Shown here in pieces: positions 35,743 through 47,347 of a stretch of 64,000 nt of DNA. The notes under the pieces are model-generated. The model ran no database searches. It was not told the DNA's origin and saw nothing but the letters and a program-made list of their open reading frames with translations. The stretch is from Phaeosaccion multiseriatum (Eukaryota; Protista; Ochrophyta, other classes), in NCBI GenBank assembly GCA_965112735.1, contig OZ218958.1:1426001-1490000 (forward strand). Reading direction: 5' to 3'. Numbering within the stretch: the first letter of the stretch is position 1; each line of letters opens with the position of its first letter. The position numbers were made by a program, and so were the translations under genes.

Positions 35743-36834
35743 TTACAATCCGCTCACCACATCGCCCCAGCGACGCACGGCAGGAGCACCTTTCGTCGGC
35801 CCCCTGCTGCCGCTGTTCCGCCCCGAGGGGGAGGACGAAGAAGAAGATGATGATGAAGTAGGCGACGACGGCGACGACGATGACGACGACGACGACGATG
35901 ATGATGATAAAGCACACTCGCTCGCCGTTGGGCTTGGAGTAGCGCTGGTCAACAAGCCGTCCAAGCTCTCCAGCGCCTCGAGCCGCTGAAGGGTCATTTT
36001 CTTGCGCCTCTTGCCGCCCATCAGGAGCGCGCGGTGCACATTCATGGAGCGGAGGGAATCTACCCCCGTGTCCATGTGGCTTGCTTCCCGCTTCAAGGCC
36101 TTGTTGCTGGCGCTCGTCCCCGTCTGCGGTGCCATCAGCCCCCGTCCAATGTGGCGGCGGGGCGTGGGGCGAATTAGGTCCCTGCTCAATGTGATGCTGC
36201 GCCCGACGCCGTCGTCGTCTTGATCTGGAGAGCTGCTGCCACCATCGCTGTCCTCCACCCAGTGCGCACTGCACAGCCCAGATGATATCTTCGGTGGGGA
36301 GTGGTGGCACGCTGCTGTCCCACTGCCTGCTGCCCCACTGCCTGCTGCCCCACGGCCCGCGCGAGAGGAGACGAAGCGGCCCGCATCCACCGGTGTCCGC
36401 CTGCTGAACGCGCTCTTGCCCTTCCCCCATGCCCGAGCAGCCATTTCCCCTCCAACATTCCCTCCTCCGAACGCAGGGCCCGGGGATCCTTCTTTAACAA
36501 CATGTCTTCCAAACGCAAGGAAGGGGTGCGACACGTCCTTGAAGTAAGCGACCTTGGCGTCCACCAGGACGGGCTCGTGGTGTTGAGCACGGTCCCTCGC
36601 GATCCTTGCGTTGCCCGCAGCAGGCCACGCCGGCGTGTCAATTGGTGTCGTGGCGAGTTTCTCCGGTTCGGATCCTCCTCCCCACAACGACGTGGGCTGC
36701 GCGACTCGCTGGGCGCGCACGCATTCAGCCAGCCTGCGGTTCGCGGAGAGGCGATGCGGCTGCTTGGGCGTCACGCACGACTTTTCTCTGTCCGTCACCT
36801 CTGGTGCTTCCTCTGTCAGCGTCGACGACGGCAT
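35743..36834 (-). CDS. Orphan intronless protein B (363 aa), paralog of 33897-34625
   Basis: Shares RH[LI]xRG...PQxG, LKR...NVHxALLMG...ExLDGL and terminal PxVxxWxxVxxG[FL]* with protein A. Confidence 0.7.
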   Translation of the reverse strand: MPSSTLTEEAPEVTDREKSCVTPKQPHRLSANRRLAECVRAQRVAQPTSLWGGGSEPEKLATTPIDTPAWPAAGNARIARDRAQHHEPVLVDAKVAYFKDVSHPFLAFGRHVVKEGSPGPAFGGGNVGGEMAARAWGKGKSAFSRRTPVDAGRFVSSRAGRGAAGSGAAGSGTAACHHSPPKISSGLCSAHWVEDSDGGSSSPDQDDDGVGRSITLSRDLIRPTPRRHIGRGLMAPQTGTSASNKALKREASHMDTGVDSLRSMNVHRALLMGGKRRKKMTLQRLEALESLDGLLTSATPSPTASECALSSSSSSSSSSSSPSSPTSSSSSSSSSPSGRNSGSRGPTKGAPAVRRWGDVVSGL

Positions 36835-37352
36835 GATTCAAAAGCGTCGGCCGTGGCTTTCCGCTCACGACGGTCCGGCAACCCCCCAACGCTAATCCCC
36901 TCTTCCCCCACCTACAGCTGTTGGTGGCTGCTGCTGCAGGCTCCTCGTGCTAACGTCATCTCATCATCATTTATCTCCCTATTCCTCCAATCGATGTCCC
37001 ACCCTCTCCAGATATCCTCTCCACCCTTAAGGAGAATCTCGCCCCTCGACCGACAGAGTCCTTTTCCCGGCTCCTATTTTACTGCTGATGTGTGTAGATC
37101 CTAGTGAGACAGTGAGACACTCTCAGAGCCGAGCCTCGCCTGTGTACATCGTTGGGGAGTCTGTCCATTTCGCGGCCTTCCAAAAACCAGGGGGGTGGGG
37201 AACAGTAAGTAAAGCAGCAGACTGAGCCCGGGTTCCACCCCTCCTGCTCCTGCTGCTTCTCCGTTCACCCCTCCAGCTGGGAGGGGAAGGCGTCATCCTT
37301 GCATTGCACATCCTGCCGAGGTATACAATCTTTTGTCCTCTTCTTAACTGCG

Positions 37353-38669
37353 ATGGAGGGGGGCTCTGCTGTACGGAGCAGGCGGAGGCAACGAGGAGGT
37401 AGAGCAGTGGGGGAAGGAGCAGGAGGAGGAGAAGGAGGAGATGACGGAGGGAGGAGAGGCAATAGAGGGAGGAGAGGAGCGGCAGGAGCAGCAGCGGGAG
37501 AAGAAGGAGGAGGAGAAGGAGGAGGAGGATGGGAGGAGGGAACTGCCAAAGGAGGTGGGGCGGCCCGGAAAGGGAAAGGCAGGGCGAAAGACGCTACAGC
37601 ACAGGCGAGGCCGCCGTTCGAAGAACACCGTCAACAATTCGCTCCGGAAGAGGAAGAGCAGGAGGAGGAGAGGAGTATGGAGGGGATTATGGAGGAGCAA
37701 GATCGCCAGGGCCAAGAGGAGTATCTCTCTCAGCTTGGCATCATGCACTATGAACTGCGCCTCTCGATAGCTGAGCTGTCGAGTAGAGGACTCAAACTGG
37801 CGGCCAAGTGGGCAGCAGAGCAACTGGTGGGGCTGCCGGAAGGGCTCGTGGAGCACGAAGGCGTAGACGCCCTGTCCAGCTACCCTCGAGGGGAGATTCC
37901 CTCCGTGCAGCCAGCTGCTACAACAACACGAGAGGGAGGAGGAGGAGGAGGAGGAGGAGGAGGAGGAGGAGGAGGAGGAGGAGGGGGCGCAGAGGCAGGA
38001 GCAGGAGGAGGAGGGTCCGAAGCAATGGTGGACGACGGCGAGGAGGGAACGGATGGGGAGGGAAGAAGCAGGCGAGATGGCGGAGGAGAGGCAGGTCTTA
38101 ACCGGTTGTCAGAGAGCGAGACTCTGGACCACCACCAGCAGCAGCACGAGCAGCAATTATGGGGCGCCCAGCAGCAGCAGCAGCAGCAGGAGCAAGACGC
38201 CCTCCTCTTTGCCAAAGTGTTGTTCGACGTTGGCGAGTACGACCGAGCAGCAGGGGTGTTTGGGGTGGAGCACCAACAAGCGCAGAGACTCCGCGGGGGC
38301 GAAGGCGTTGACGGACTGCCCCCGCCGCCTCACCTGTCTCCGCGGGCAGTCTTCCTTCGGGCGCACGCCCTCTACCTTGCGGGGGAGAAGAGGAAGGAGG
38401 AGGACACGCTCAAACTGGGGGATCAAGTAGAGACGCGCTGCAGAGTGTCCAACACCAACCTCTGTACCCTGCATGAGGAGCTGTCGGAGAGGTAAGGGAG
38501 GGAGGGAGGGAGGGAGGGGGGTGGGGGTGGAGGAGTGGGGGAGGGGGATTAGGTTGGGAGAGAGAGGTGGGGGTGGGAGGGGAGGGAGACAGGGAGGACA
38601 GAAGAGGGAGACCTTGCGCAATCATACTTCGCTCACTCGCTCGCACAACGTATTTGTCAACCACAAACG

Positions 38670-38720
<51 letters not shown>

Positions 38721-41700
38721 CAGATACTGGCAAGGTGGTCTGGACGCCTTCGGATTGTACATGCTCGGAGTCGTTCTCAAGGAGCTCGGGCCCAGCGCGA
38801 GAGTGCTCGCGAGTAGCTCCTCTGCAGATACGAGCAGTGGTGGTGGCGGCGGCAGGGGCAGCGGTAGCGGCAGCGGCAGTACGGCCACCCCCGCCCAAAG
38901 GAAGGGTGCAGCAGCAAGGGCCCCCGCTAAAGGAGGAGGAGGAAAGGAGGGAGGGGGAGATGTTGGTGATACAACAACAGCAGCAGCAGCAGCAGCAGCG
39001 GCGGCGGCGTCAACAGCGGCGGCGCCAAAGGCCATGGACATACTAACGGAGTCTGTCCGAGCCTTCCCCTGGAACTGGTCAGCCTGGCTGGACCTTGCGA
39101 GCCTGTGTATCGAGGCGGATACCATTCCCCCAGTGCTTGTGCGAGACCCTCCCAGCTTTTGGGTGTATCAGTGCTTCTTGCAGCACCTGCTGGTGGAACA
39201 GGAGGAGTGTGCGGAGGCGTTTAACGTGCTTGGAAGCCTTGAGGAGCTGCTGCCCAGGAGCAATTACCTCCTCGCGCAACGAGCCATGGCGCAGTACCAG
39301 GTGGTCAAGTTGGCGTCAGGTCGCCTGTGGTCTTTTCTTTGCTGTGGCTAGCTGCTGGCTGATGTGCCATTCACTCACATTCACGCAGCCAGCCAGCCCG
39401 CACCCTCTCACTCACTATAGTCGCTTTCCTACTGACGCTCGTTCTGTGTGGCTGTGTGGCTGTGCCTAACCTAAACAGATTCTCGAGTACGACGCCTCCA
39501 TGGAATGTTTCCAAGAGCTGCAGCGCCGAGACCCCCTCCGCTTAGAGCACCTCGACACCTTCTCCAACATCCTCTATGTCAAGGAGAAGACCGCAGATCT
39601 CAGTCACCTTGCCCACGCCGCAGTCAGGAGCGACAAGTACAGACCGGAGACGTGCTGCATTGTCGGCAACTACTACGGCCTCAAGGTGCGCAAGAAAGAG
39701 AGAGTATTGTGTGTGTGTCTGTGTGTGTGTGCGTGCGTTTGTGCGTGGATAGGTGTGTGTGTGCGTGTGCATGTGCATGTGCGTGCGTGCGTGCGTGCGT
39801 GGGTGTGCATGTGCATGTGCGTGTGGTCCGGCGGGCAGGCGGACAGACAGACAGGGAATGGGGAGACGAAGTGTCGGATCAATCATCTCCGCTAAGGTGC
39901 TGTTGGTGCTCTTTGTTGCTCGCCCTCTTTGTGGGAAGGAGGGCATTAGCCTTCCTTTGTCCTCCGTCCCAGGACTTGTGTGAGGCGTAACGTCCATCCT
40001 CCTCCCCCTTTCCTTCCGTCTTGTCCCATCCCATTTCTTTGATCCCCCACCCACCCCCTCTGTGGTGCTAAGCCTCTCTCGAAACCCCCACCTTACCCCA
40101 CCTTCCCCCATTCCCTCCCTCCTCTTCCCCGTCTTCTTCCCCCTCCTCCTCCTCCTCCTCCTCCTCCTCCTCCTCCTCCTCCTCCTCCTCCTCCTCCTCC
40201 TCCTCCTCATCCTCATCCTCCTCCTTCTCCTTCTCCTTCTCCTCCTCCTCCTCCTCCTCCTCCCTCTCCTCTCCCCCTCCCCACCACCCTCCTCCCCCCC
40301 CCCGTGTTGTCGTATGTACATCAGGGGCAGCACGAGAAGGCGGTACTGTATTTCATGCGTGCCCTTAAGCTCAATCGCAACTTCCTCAGCGCTTGGACGC
40401 TCATGGGCCACGAGTACGTCGAGATGAAGAACACAGGTCAGGGCGTGAGTCGTAGGTTAGCGCAGACTGGCTTGGCTCAGTAGGGAAGTCTTTTGCTACA
40501 GTAATGGCTGTGAGTGAGTAGGTGGGTATCGTAGTGAGAGTAGTGATAGTAGTAGTGACCAAGTGACGCGTGTATGTGGGCATGAAAGACGCACGCGTCC
40601 GTGAGTAAGCAAGTGTGGGTGAGGTGAGGTGAGGTGAGGTGAGGTGAGGTGAGGTGAATTGTCAGGTGGAGAGGGTGACGTGTCAGGTGTCAGGTGTCAG
40701 GTGTCAGGTATCAGGTGTCAGGTGTCAGGTGTCAGGTGTCAGGTGTCAGGTGTCGGGTGTCAGGTGTCAGGTGTCAGGTGTCAGGTGTCAGGTGTCAGGT
40801 GTGAGGAGGTGACCAAGGAGTGGTTGGTTATTGGTTGAGCAAGTAGATACTAGTGACTGAGTGACGCGTAGGGGTATCAGGTGTCAGGGTGCCAGGCGTT
40901 GAGTGTTCAGATAACTCATTTGTTCAGGATTGTGAGTACTGATTGTCATCTAAAAAATGTCGAGCTCAAACTCAAATCACCTAATATAAAACCCTCAAAC
41001 TCAAACTCTATCCGAACCACCCCCACCACCCCCACCACCACCACCACCACCACCACCACCCCCACCACCCCCACCACCCAGGTGCTGCGATTGAGGCCTA
41101 CCGCCGAGCTGTGGACGTGAACCCTCGGGACTATCGGGCCTGGTACGGGCTCGGGCAAACGTACGAGATACTGAAAATGCACATGTATGCCATGTATTAC
41201 TATCGCAAGACAGTGGCGCTACGGCCCTTCGACTCGAGGATGTGGTGCGCAATGGCAGCGTGCTATGAGATGCTGGTGAGGGAGTTGGTCACACAGAAGG
41301 AAAGGAGGGAGGGAGGGAGGGAGGGAGGGAGGGAGGGAGGGAAGGTGTGGAGTAGGGGAGTGTTGGATGGAGGGGGAGGCAGGTGAGTGGAAGGAAAGAC
41401 TCAAAGGAAGGCCTCACCCTGTCAATTCATCTCATATTTTCCATGCTCCTTCCTTCCCTTCCCTTCCCTTCCAGGACCGGAAAGAAGACGCCATTCGGAC
41501 GTACGAGAGAGCTATGGACAACGACGATCGCGAAGGGCTCTCCTTCCCCAAGCTTGCTCGCCTCTATGGAGAGAGTCGACAGGAGGACCGCGCTGCAGAG
41601 GTGTGGACAAGGCTGCTGGAGCGGCACGATAGGGACAGCCCTCTCCTCACGCCGGATGTGGTCGAGGCGCTGATTACACTTGCGTATTACCACAAGAACA

Positions 41701-41874
41701 AGGGGGAGAACCCGCTGGCATCGTTTTATGCGAGGTGGGTGAGGAGGGAGGGGAGTGGGGGCCGAGAAGGGAGGTCTAATGTTTGTGATATTTGTGATTG
41801 TTTGTGTGTGCGTGTGTGTGCTCAATATACTGCTGCTTGACCACCCATGGTAATTTGTTGGTCTAATAATTGTA

Positions 41875-41914
<40 letters not shown>

Positions 41915-42274
41915 CTCAGCAAACTGCTGGACTACCCGGGCATGGAGCGAGAAGATGCCAAGGCCCTGCTGCGCGAGATCAGCAGCTTCGACAACCACCA
42001 GGCCCAAGCACGAGCACGCCAGAGGGCAGAGGCAGCAGTTGGTGATACGGGAGGAGGGGCAGCAGAGGGGCGGCAAAAGGGGAAGGGTAGGGCTGGCGGA
42101 GGCGGGGCGGGAGGAGGGATCAGTACTCGCACACGTAGCAGAGGCGGGAGGCAGTCTTCGGGTGGTGGAAGTGGGGGTGGGGGGCCCAATGAGGGCAGAG
42201 CAATGGAGCAAGGGCAATCTGTGGGCAGCTTCATGAGTAGCGACAGCAGCAGCAGTGATGAAGGCAACGTATAG
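37353..42274 (+). CDS. CDC23: Anaphase-promoting complex subunit 8 (CDC23), TPR protein, about 7 exons
   Basis: [45 protein letters not shown]...[79 protein letters not shown]...RPFDSRMW. Confidence 0.96.
40619..40800. repeat. Intronic (GTGAG)n and (TGTCAGG)n arrays
   Basis: Directly visible within a CDC23 intron. Confidence 0.9.
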
Positions 42275-43249
42275 CCCCGCATGGAGCAGAGTCAAAAGGC
42301 CGACGACGAGGGTGTAAGGAGGGAAGGTGGGCGGTGGAGCAGAGGTGCATCGTACGCATGCATTAAATGCATAGTGTAGTGAGTGCGTGCCGCTTCCAGC
42401 AGCCTTCACTTGCTTTGCTGACCTCCTGGCTGGGGAGGTACAAGCAAGGCACAGCACACGGGAAAAAGCAGTAAGGCACTTGATCAGAATCGCATTAGGC
42501 GTGTAAGTATTTGATGAATTATGTTGTCTCTGTTGCTGTTTTACTCTTTGGCTCTGAGGCGGCGACTGCTCATCGCTTAATCAAAAGGATGAGGGGATAG
42601 CCAGAGTGCCGGAGTGGCTTGCAGCAACACAAACGTTCACTCTGCCCCAGAATCATGCTTAGACCAACAAAAGTAGTGGTTTTGGTTTTGTTTTTTTGTG
42701 TTCAAAATCTACGTAACGAACTGTCTGACCATTCCTCTTAGGCTCCCCGCACCACCCCTCCTTCCCTTCCTCCCTCCCCCAACCCAACCCCGCCCCCCCC
42801 CGCCTCCCCCTCTGCGATCCCCCCCCAAGCATTCGGAGGGGAGAAAGATGCGCAGGAAGAGCTCCCAAAGCCCAAAGTCTTTTACTTGACTTCACAGCCG
42901 CCCATGTACATACAGTACAATGTACACTGAGTGCACAATGCAAGCCAAAGACACCGAACGCAGCCACCAAATGTACACCGTCTAGCTACGCAGTCTACCC
43001 TCCTCCCTCAATCACACTGCTGCTGCTGCTGCTGCTTGCTTGCAGCCAATTTTGTCTGTCCGGATCCCCAACTTCCCCAACAAGCATGCCATCCACCCTG
43101 CTCCGCTATCACTCCACACCGCACCCCAGCCCAGCTGCTGGAGGTGGTGGCGCTGCTGCTGCTGGCACTGCACTTGTGGCGTGGCCGCCATCCCACCTCT
43201 TCATCCGTCTGCGGTCTGCCCTTGCCCTTTCCGTGCGGAAGGGAGTTGC

Positions 43250-45459
43250 TTACTTGCCCTGTGCTGCTTTGCAAGCCTTCTTGTGAGCCTTCCAATCCGC
43301 CTTGCTGTGAAACAAACAAGCAGGGAGAGAAGGAGAAGGAGAAAAAAAGAAAAGAAGCAGGAAGAGAAGGAGAAGGAGAATTAATAGCAATAACAAGAGG
43401 GAATGAGGGGGAAGGGGGGGGGGGGGGGGAATCAGGCCGCAGTAGCACACCCCCTTGGGTACAATACTGCTAAAGTCCAAGTCTTGGAGGAGGATGACGG
43501 CAATCATTTCTACACACACTCTCAAACCACTGCTTTCAATCGACTTACGCGCAGTCTGGTCCGCAGTACGAGACCTTCTTGCACCCTCCGCACTTCTTGA
43601 GGCTGGCAGCGTTCCACTTCTCCTGCTGGGTGCAAGCCGGGTTGTGGCACCTTAAACTGGGGAGGGAGGGAGAACGAGAGAGAGAGGAAGGAGAGGGACG
43701 ACGGGAGGAGAGGACCACGAATCGAGCAGCAGTGGGGGGAGGGGAGAAGGAGGTGAGGTCAACAACAGCAAACACTCAAAGGCAGAGGGACGTGTCTTCA
43801 CACTCGCTAAGAGGAAGAAAAAAGGCCACACCCGCGCCGATAAAGCCACCCCCTTCAGCACAGCACAGCCCCGCCTCCCTGCGCGGGCCGTAAGACGAGA
43901 GTCACACCCCCCTGAGCCCCCCCCCCCCCCCCCTCGGCGCAACCCTGCACAGGGAACACTTCATCTGTGGATGTACCGCCATGCGATACCGTACCTCTCC
44001 TTGGACGCGCCCTTGGCAGCACCCTTCTTGGCCTTGGGCACAAGCGCGTGTGTAACCGTCATGTTGGCCATATCCACCGTGATCTCGCCCAACAGACTTT
44101 CCACTCGGTCTGAATTGCTGTCACTGCCCGCGGAAGAGGTCTTGCTCGGGTCAGCATACTCCGCCAGCGACTCCACAAACACCTTGCCATCGGCCGTCTT
44201 GAGAGCACCAGACACCCACTCGTGGCCAGCGAGGGTAATGACCTTGCTAATGAGCTTGGCAAAGGGCTTGGACTTGACATCATCCATCGCCTTGAGCGTC
44301 TTGGCGCACGTTCGAGTCACGTTCTCCCCGCCCTTGGCCGTGATGAGCACTGCCATCGCCTGCTCGCACTTCTTGCCCCACTTCCCATTCGACTTGACCT
44401 CCACACTCGATCTCCCCACCAAGTGCGTCAGGAGGAATGCCGTCGCCTGCACCCCCACCATCTTCTGTGACTCATCACCAGACTGCATCAACGCCGCCGC
44501 CGCCAGAGGGTCAGACACCAACTCGGGCACCAAAAACCTGTCCAGCGCCGTCTGCAGCTTGAGCTTGACGTCCTTCTTGGTGTCCGCCTTTTGCGTGTGG
44601 TCCTCGACACACATGAGCGTTCGGCTCATCGCCTTGAGCACAAGGTAGATTACGTCCTTGAGAGGGCCGTCCTTGGGGTTCTCCATATGCTTGGAGCACA
44701 GAGCCGAGATACCGTCCAGTCCACCCGCATCCAGGAAGGCCAGGATCGAGTCTGCCGTGAACTCGTGGGCCTATATACGGATGCATGGATATGATGCGGA
44801 TATATTGATAAGGAAAGGCAGGGTAGGGCGAGAGGAGGGAGGCGAGGGGAGGCGAGGGGAGGCAGGGAGGGAAGTACGGTGTGTGAATAGACGCTGTGCC
44901 CTTCCCAAGACTTTCTACCACCCGCATACGATTGTGCTTGCTGTTGGCTCCCCTCCCTGGCTTCATTCCCTTGCTCTCCCCCATACCTCCCTTCTCAACC
45001 CTCTCCCTCCACTCACTCACCGTGGCCGTGACAAGGAAGACCACGAGCTCCAGTACACCCAAGTCGATCTCCCCATCCTCTGTGGTGAGCGGGCCGCTAA
45101 GCAGCAGCCCTAAGGCCTTCATGACCTGGTCACTAGACCCATAGGACTTGTCCAGGTCGACGCCCTTCTTGTTGTTGTGGGCGGGGCTGAGTGAAACCGT
45201 CATAAAGTTGAGCGCCGCCTTCTGCACCGCGTTGCGCCTGTGGAGCTTGGGCAGTCCACCCTGCGTCTTGAGGGAATCTCCCTCCTTTACAGACACGTCC
45301 AGCAGAGAGGGCCAGTGCGGGCTGAGCAGCCACGCGAGGGCGTTGGGGAACTTCTTACGCTGCGCGATTTTAGTCATGATTGACGTCATGTCCTCCGAAA
45401 ATGTGAAGTTGGCGTTGTCCTGCAGCAGGAAGGAGGGTTGTTGTATTTGTTGTTGTTGG

Positions 45460-45529
<70 letters not shown>

Positions 45530-46438
45530 GGTGAAATTCATGCGTTGGATAAGGGTGGAGGGGTGGGGGTGGGGGTGTATGGGAAGAGGCGGGTGAGTGA
45601 GGGACGGGGCGGAGACGGACGACAAGGAGTAAGAGAAAAGGTGCAGCTCTGTTTACGTATGAACGGAACTGAAACGGCATGAATAACACTAATCTACCAC
45701 ATGATAGATATAGCACAAGCAAGAGAGAACGTGCGACCCCATGGTCCACTAATGGCCCAATACCCCCTTTCTGACGACCACAAGAGCACACAAGACGCCA
45801 TGTGCCTGCCCACCCTTCCACACACAACAACCCTGCCTACCCTCCCTCCATTACTACCGTACCTCGGCCGTGGAGCCCGCCGCCCCGAAGCCGGTGAGCC
45901 AGTTAAGAATCTCCAGACACACAGAGGCGGGCTTGCGAGCCTTCTCCCTGCGCGCAATGGCGGCCTCCTTCTCCGCCGTGCTGGTGTCAGCGGTGGGGTT
46001 AGGGTCGGGGCAACCCTCCAGCATGCTCTCCATGGCAAGGGCGAGGATGACCCAGTTACGGGATGAGTTAGCCTTGCGGGACTCCTCCACCTGTTGTTGT
46101 GGTGTGGTTTGGTTTGGGTTTTGGGGGGTCCGGAGGGGTGGGGTGGGGGGGGAGGGAAGGACGGTGGGGGTGTGGGCAAGGGTGGGGGGGGGTTGTGTGG
46201 AAGGAGAGGGAGACGGAGGAGGAAATGCCGACATACCTACCAACTACACAAAAGGACTCACCTGCGCCGGAGTCTTATCGCCTGCTCGGAGGCCCCTGTT
46301 GAGGCTGAGGATGAGTGCGAGAATGTGCTCGTCGGCCGATGCCTCGACTGTCTTGCCCACGAGGGTCAGCTTCATGCGGCCCTTCACGCTCGCCTCCACC
46401 TGCTCCAGGGCGATCTCTACATCATTGGTGGCGGCCAT
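43250..46438 (-). CDS. Helical protein with C-terminal MYND zinc finger; about 6 exons
   Basis: Spliced C-terminus RCHNPAC...LKKCGGCKKVSYCGPDCA..ADWKAHKKACK; upstream exons (MAATNDVE..., VEESRKAN..., DNANFTFS..., AHEFTADS...) join at GT-AG sites. Confidence 0.82.
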
Positions 46439-47347
46439 GTTGAAAGCCTTGCTCGATTGGTTTGAGGGACAAGGAATGGGGCGCGCGGGCGGGGGGATAG
46501 GGCTGGTGGGGGGAAGAGGGGAACGAGAGGTAGAGCAACAGTGAAGGGGAAGGAAGGGGGGGAGGGGAAAGAAGAGGGTGTGAGGGAGGATTACAGGGAG
46601 TGGGGATGGGGCGATGGTTGAGAGTAAGCGCTTCAGCACACTTCTCTCGTGCGAAAATATGAAAATATGGGGGGGGGGGAAAGAGCGTTAGGGGGGAGTA
46701 AGATGGCCGAGAGACGGGAGTGAGCTGCGGCCAATACGTGGGAGCACAGACACAAACACAAAGAGCGGGACAGCAAGTAAAGCGCAGGAGGCTCCGCTGT
46801 TGCTGCCTGGGCTCCTGTGGATCGGGAGGGGGCGCTCACAGGCCAAAGACGCCCCAAATACCATTTTGGAAGGCACAACGCTTGAGGGAAGCGGACAAAA
46901 TAATGCCCGATCCGAGGCAGCATGTTCCCATCCAATCCCCTACTTACCAGAAAGGCGCGAGTGGTGTGTGTGAGGGAGATGTGTTTGCTCTAGCGTCTGT
47001 AGCCTCGATCTTCTTGTCCTGACACCAGCTGCAAAACTCATAACTCAAAACTCAAAACTCAAAATTAAAAAGCGTCTTCAGCAGTTGTGCATTCTTTCAA
47101 CAGATGACAAATGACATTCGTGTCGCGGGCCGTTGATAAGAGGGCGAATGCGCTTCAGTTAATGGCCGGTGACCCCTGAAGCAGAGCATAGAAGAACCTG
47201 TCTGTGTGTTTTTGCTGCTGCTGCTGCTTGCGGTTCGACGGCGTGGCAGCGCTCCGTGCCCAAACACGTCAGCAATAGCAAACGTTTTTCTCTTGCCCAT
47301 AACGAGCCCCAAGCGTTCCTAGATTGTAAGCCACAGCTTGGAGCGAA

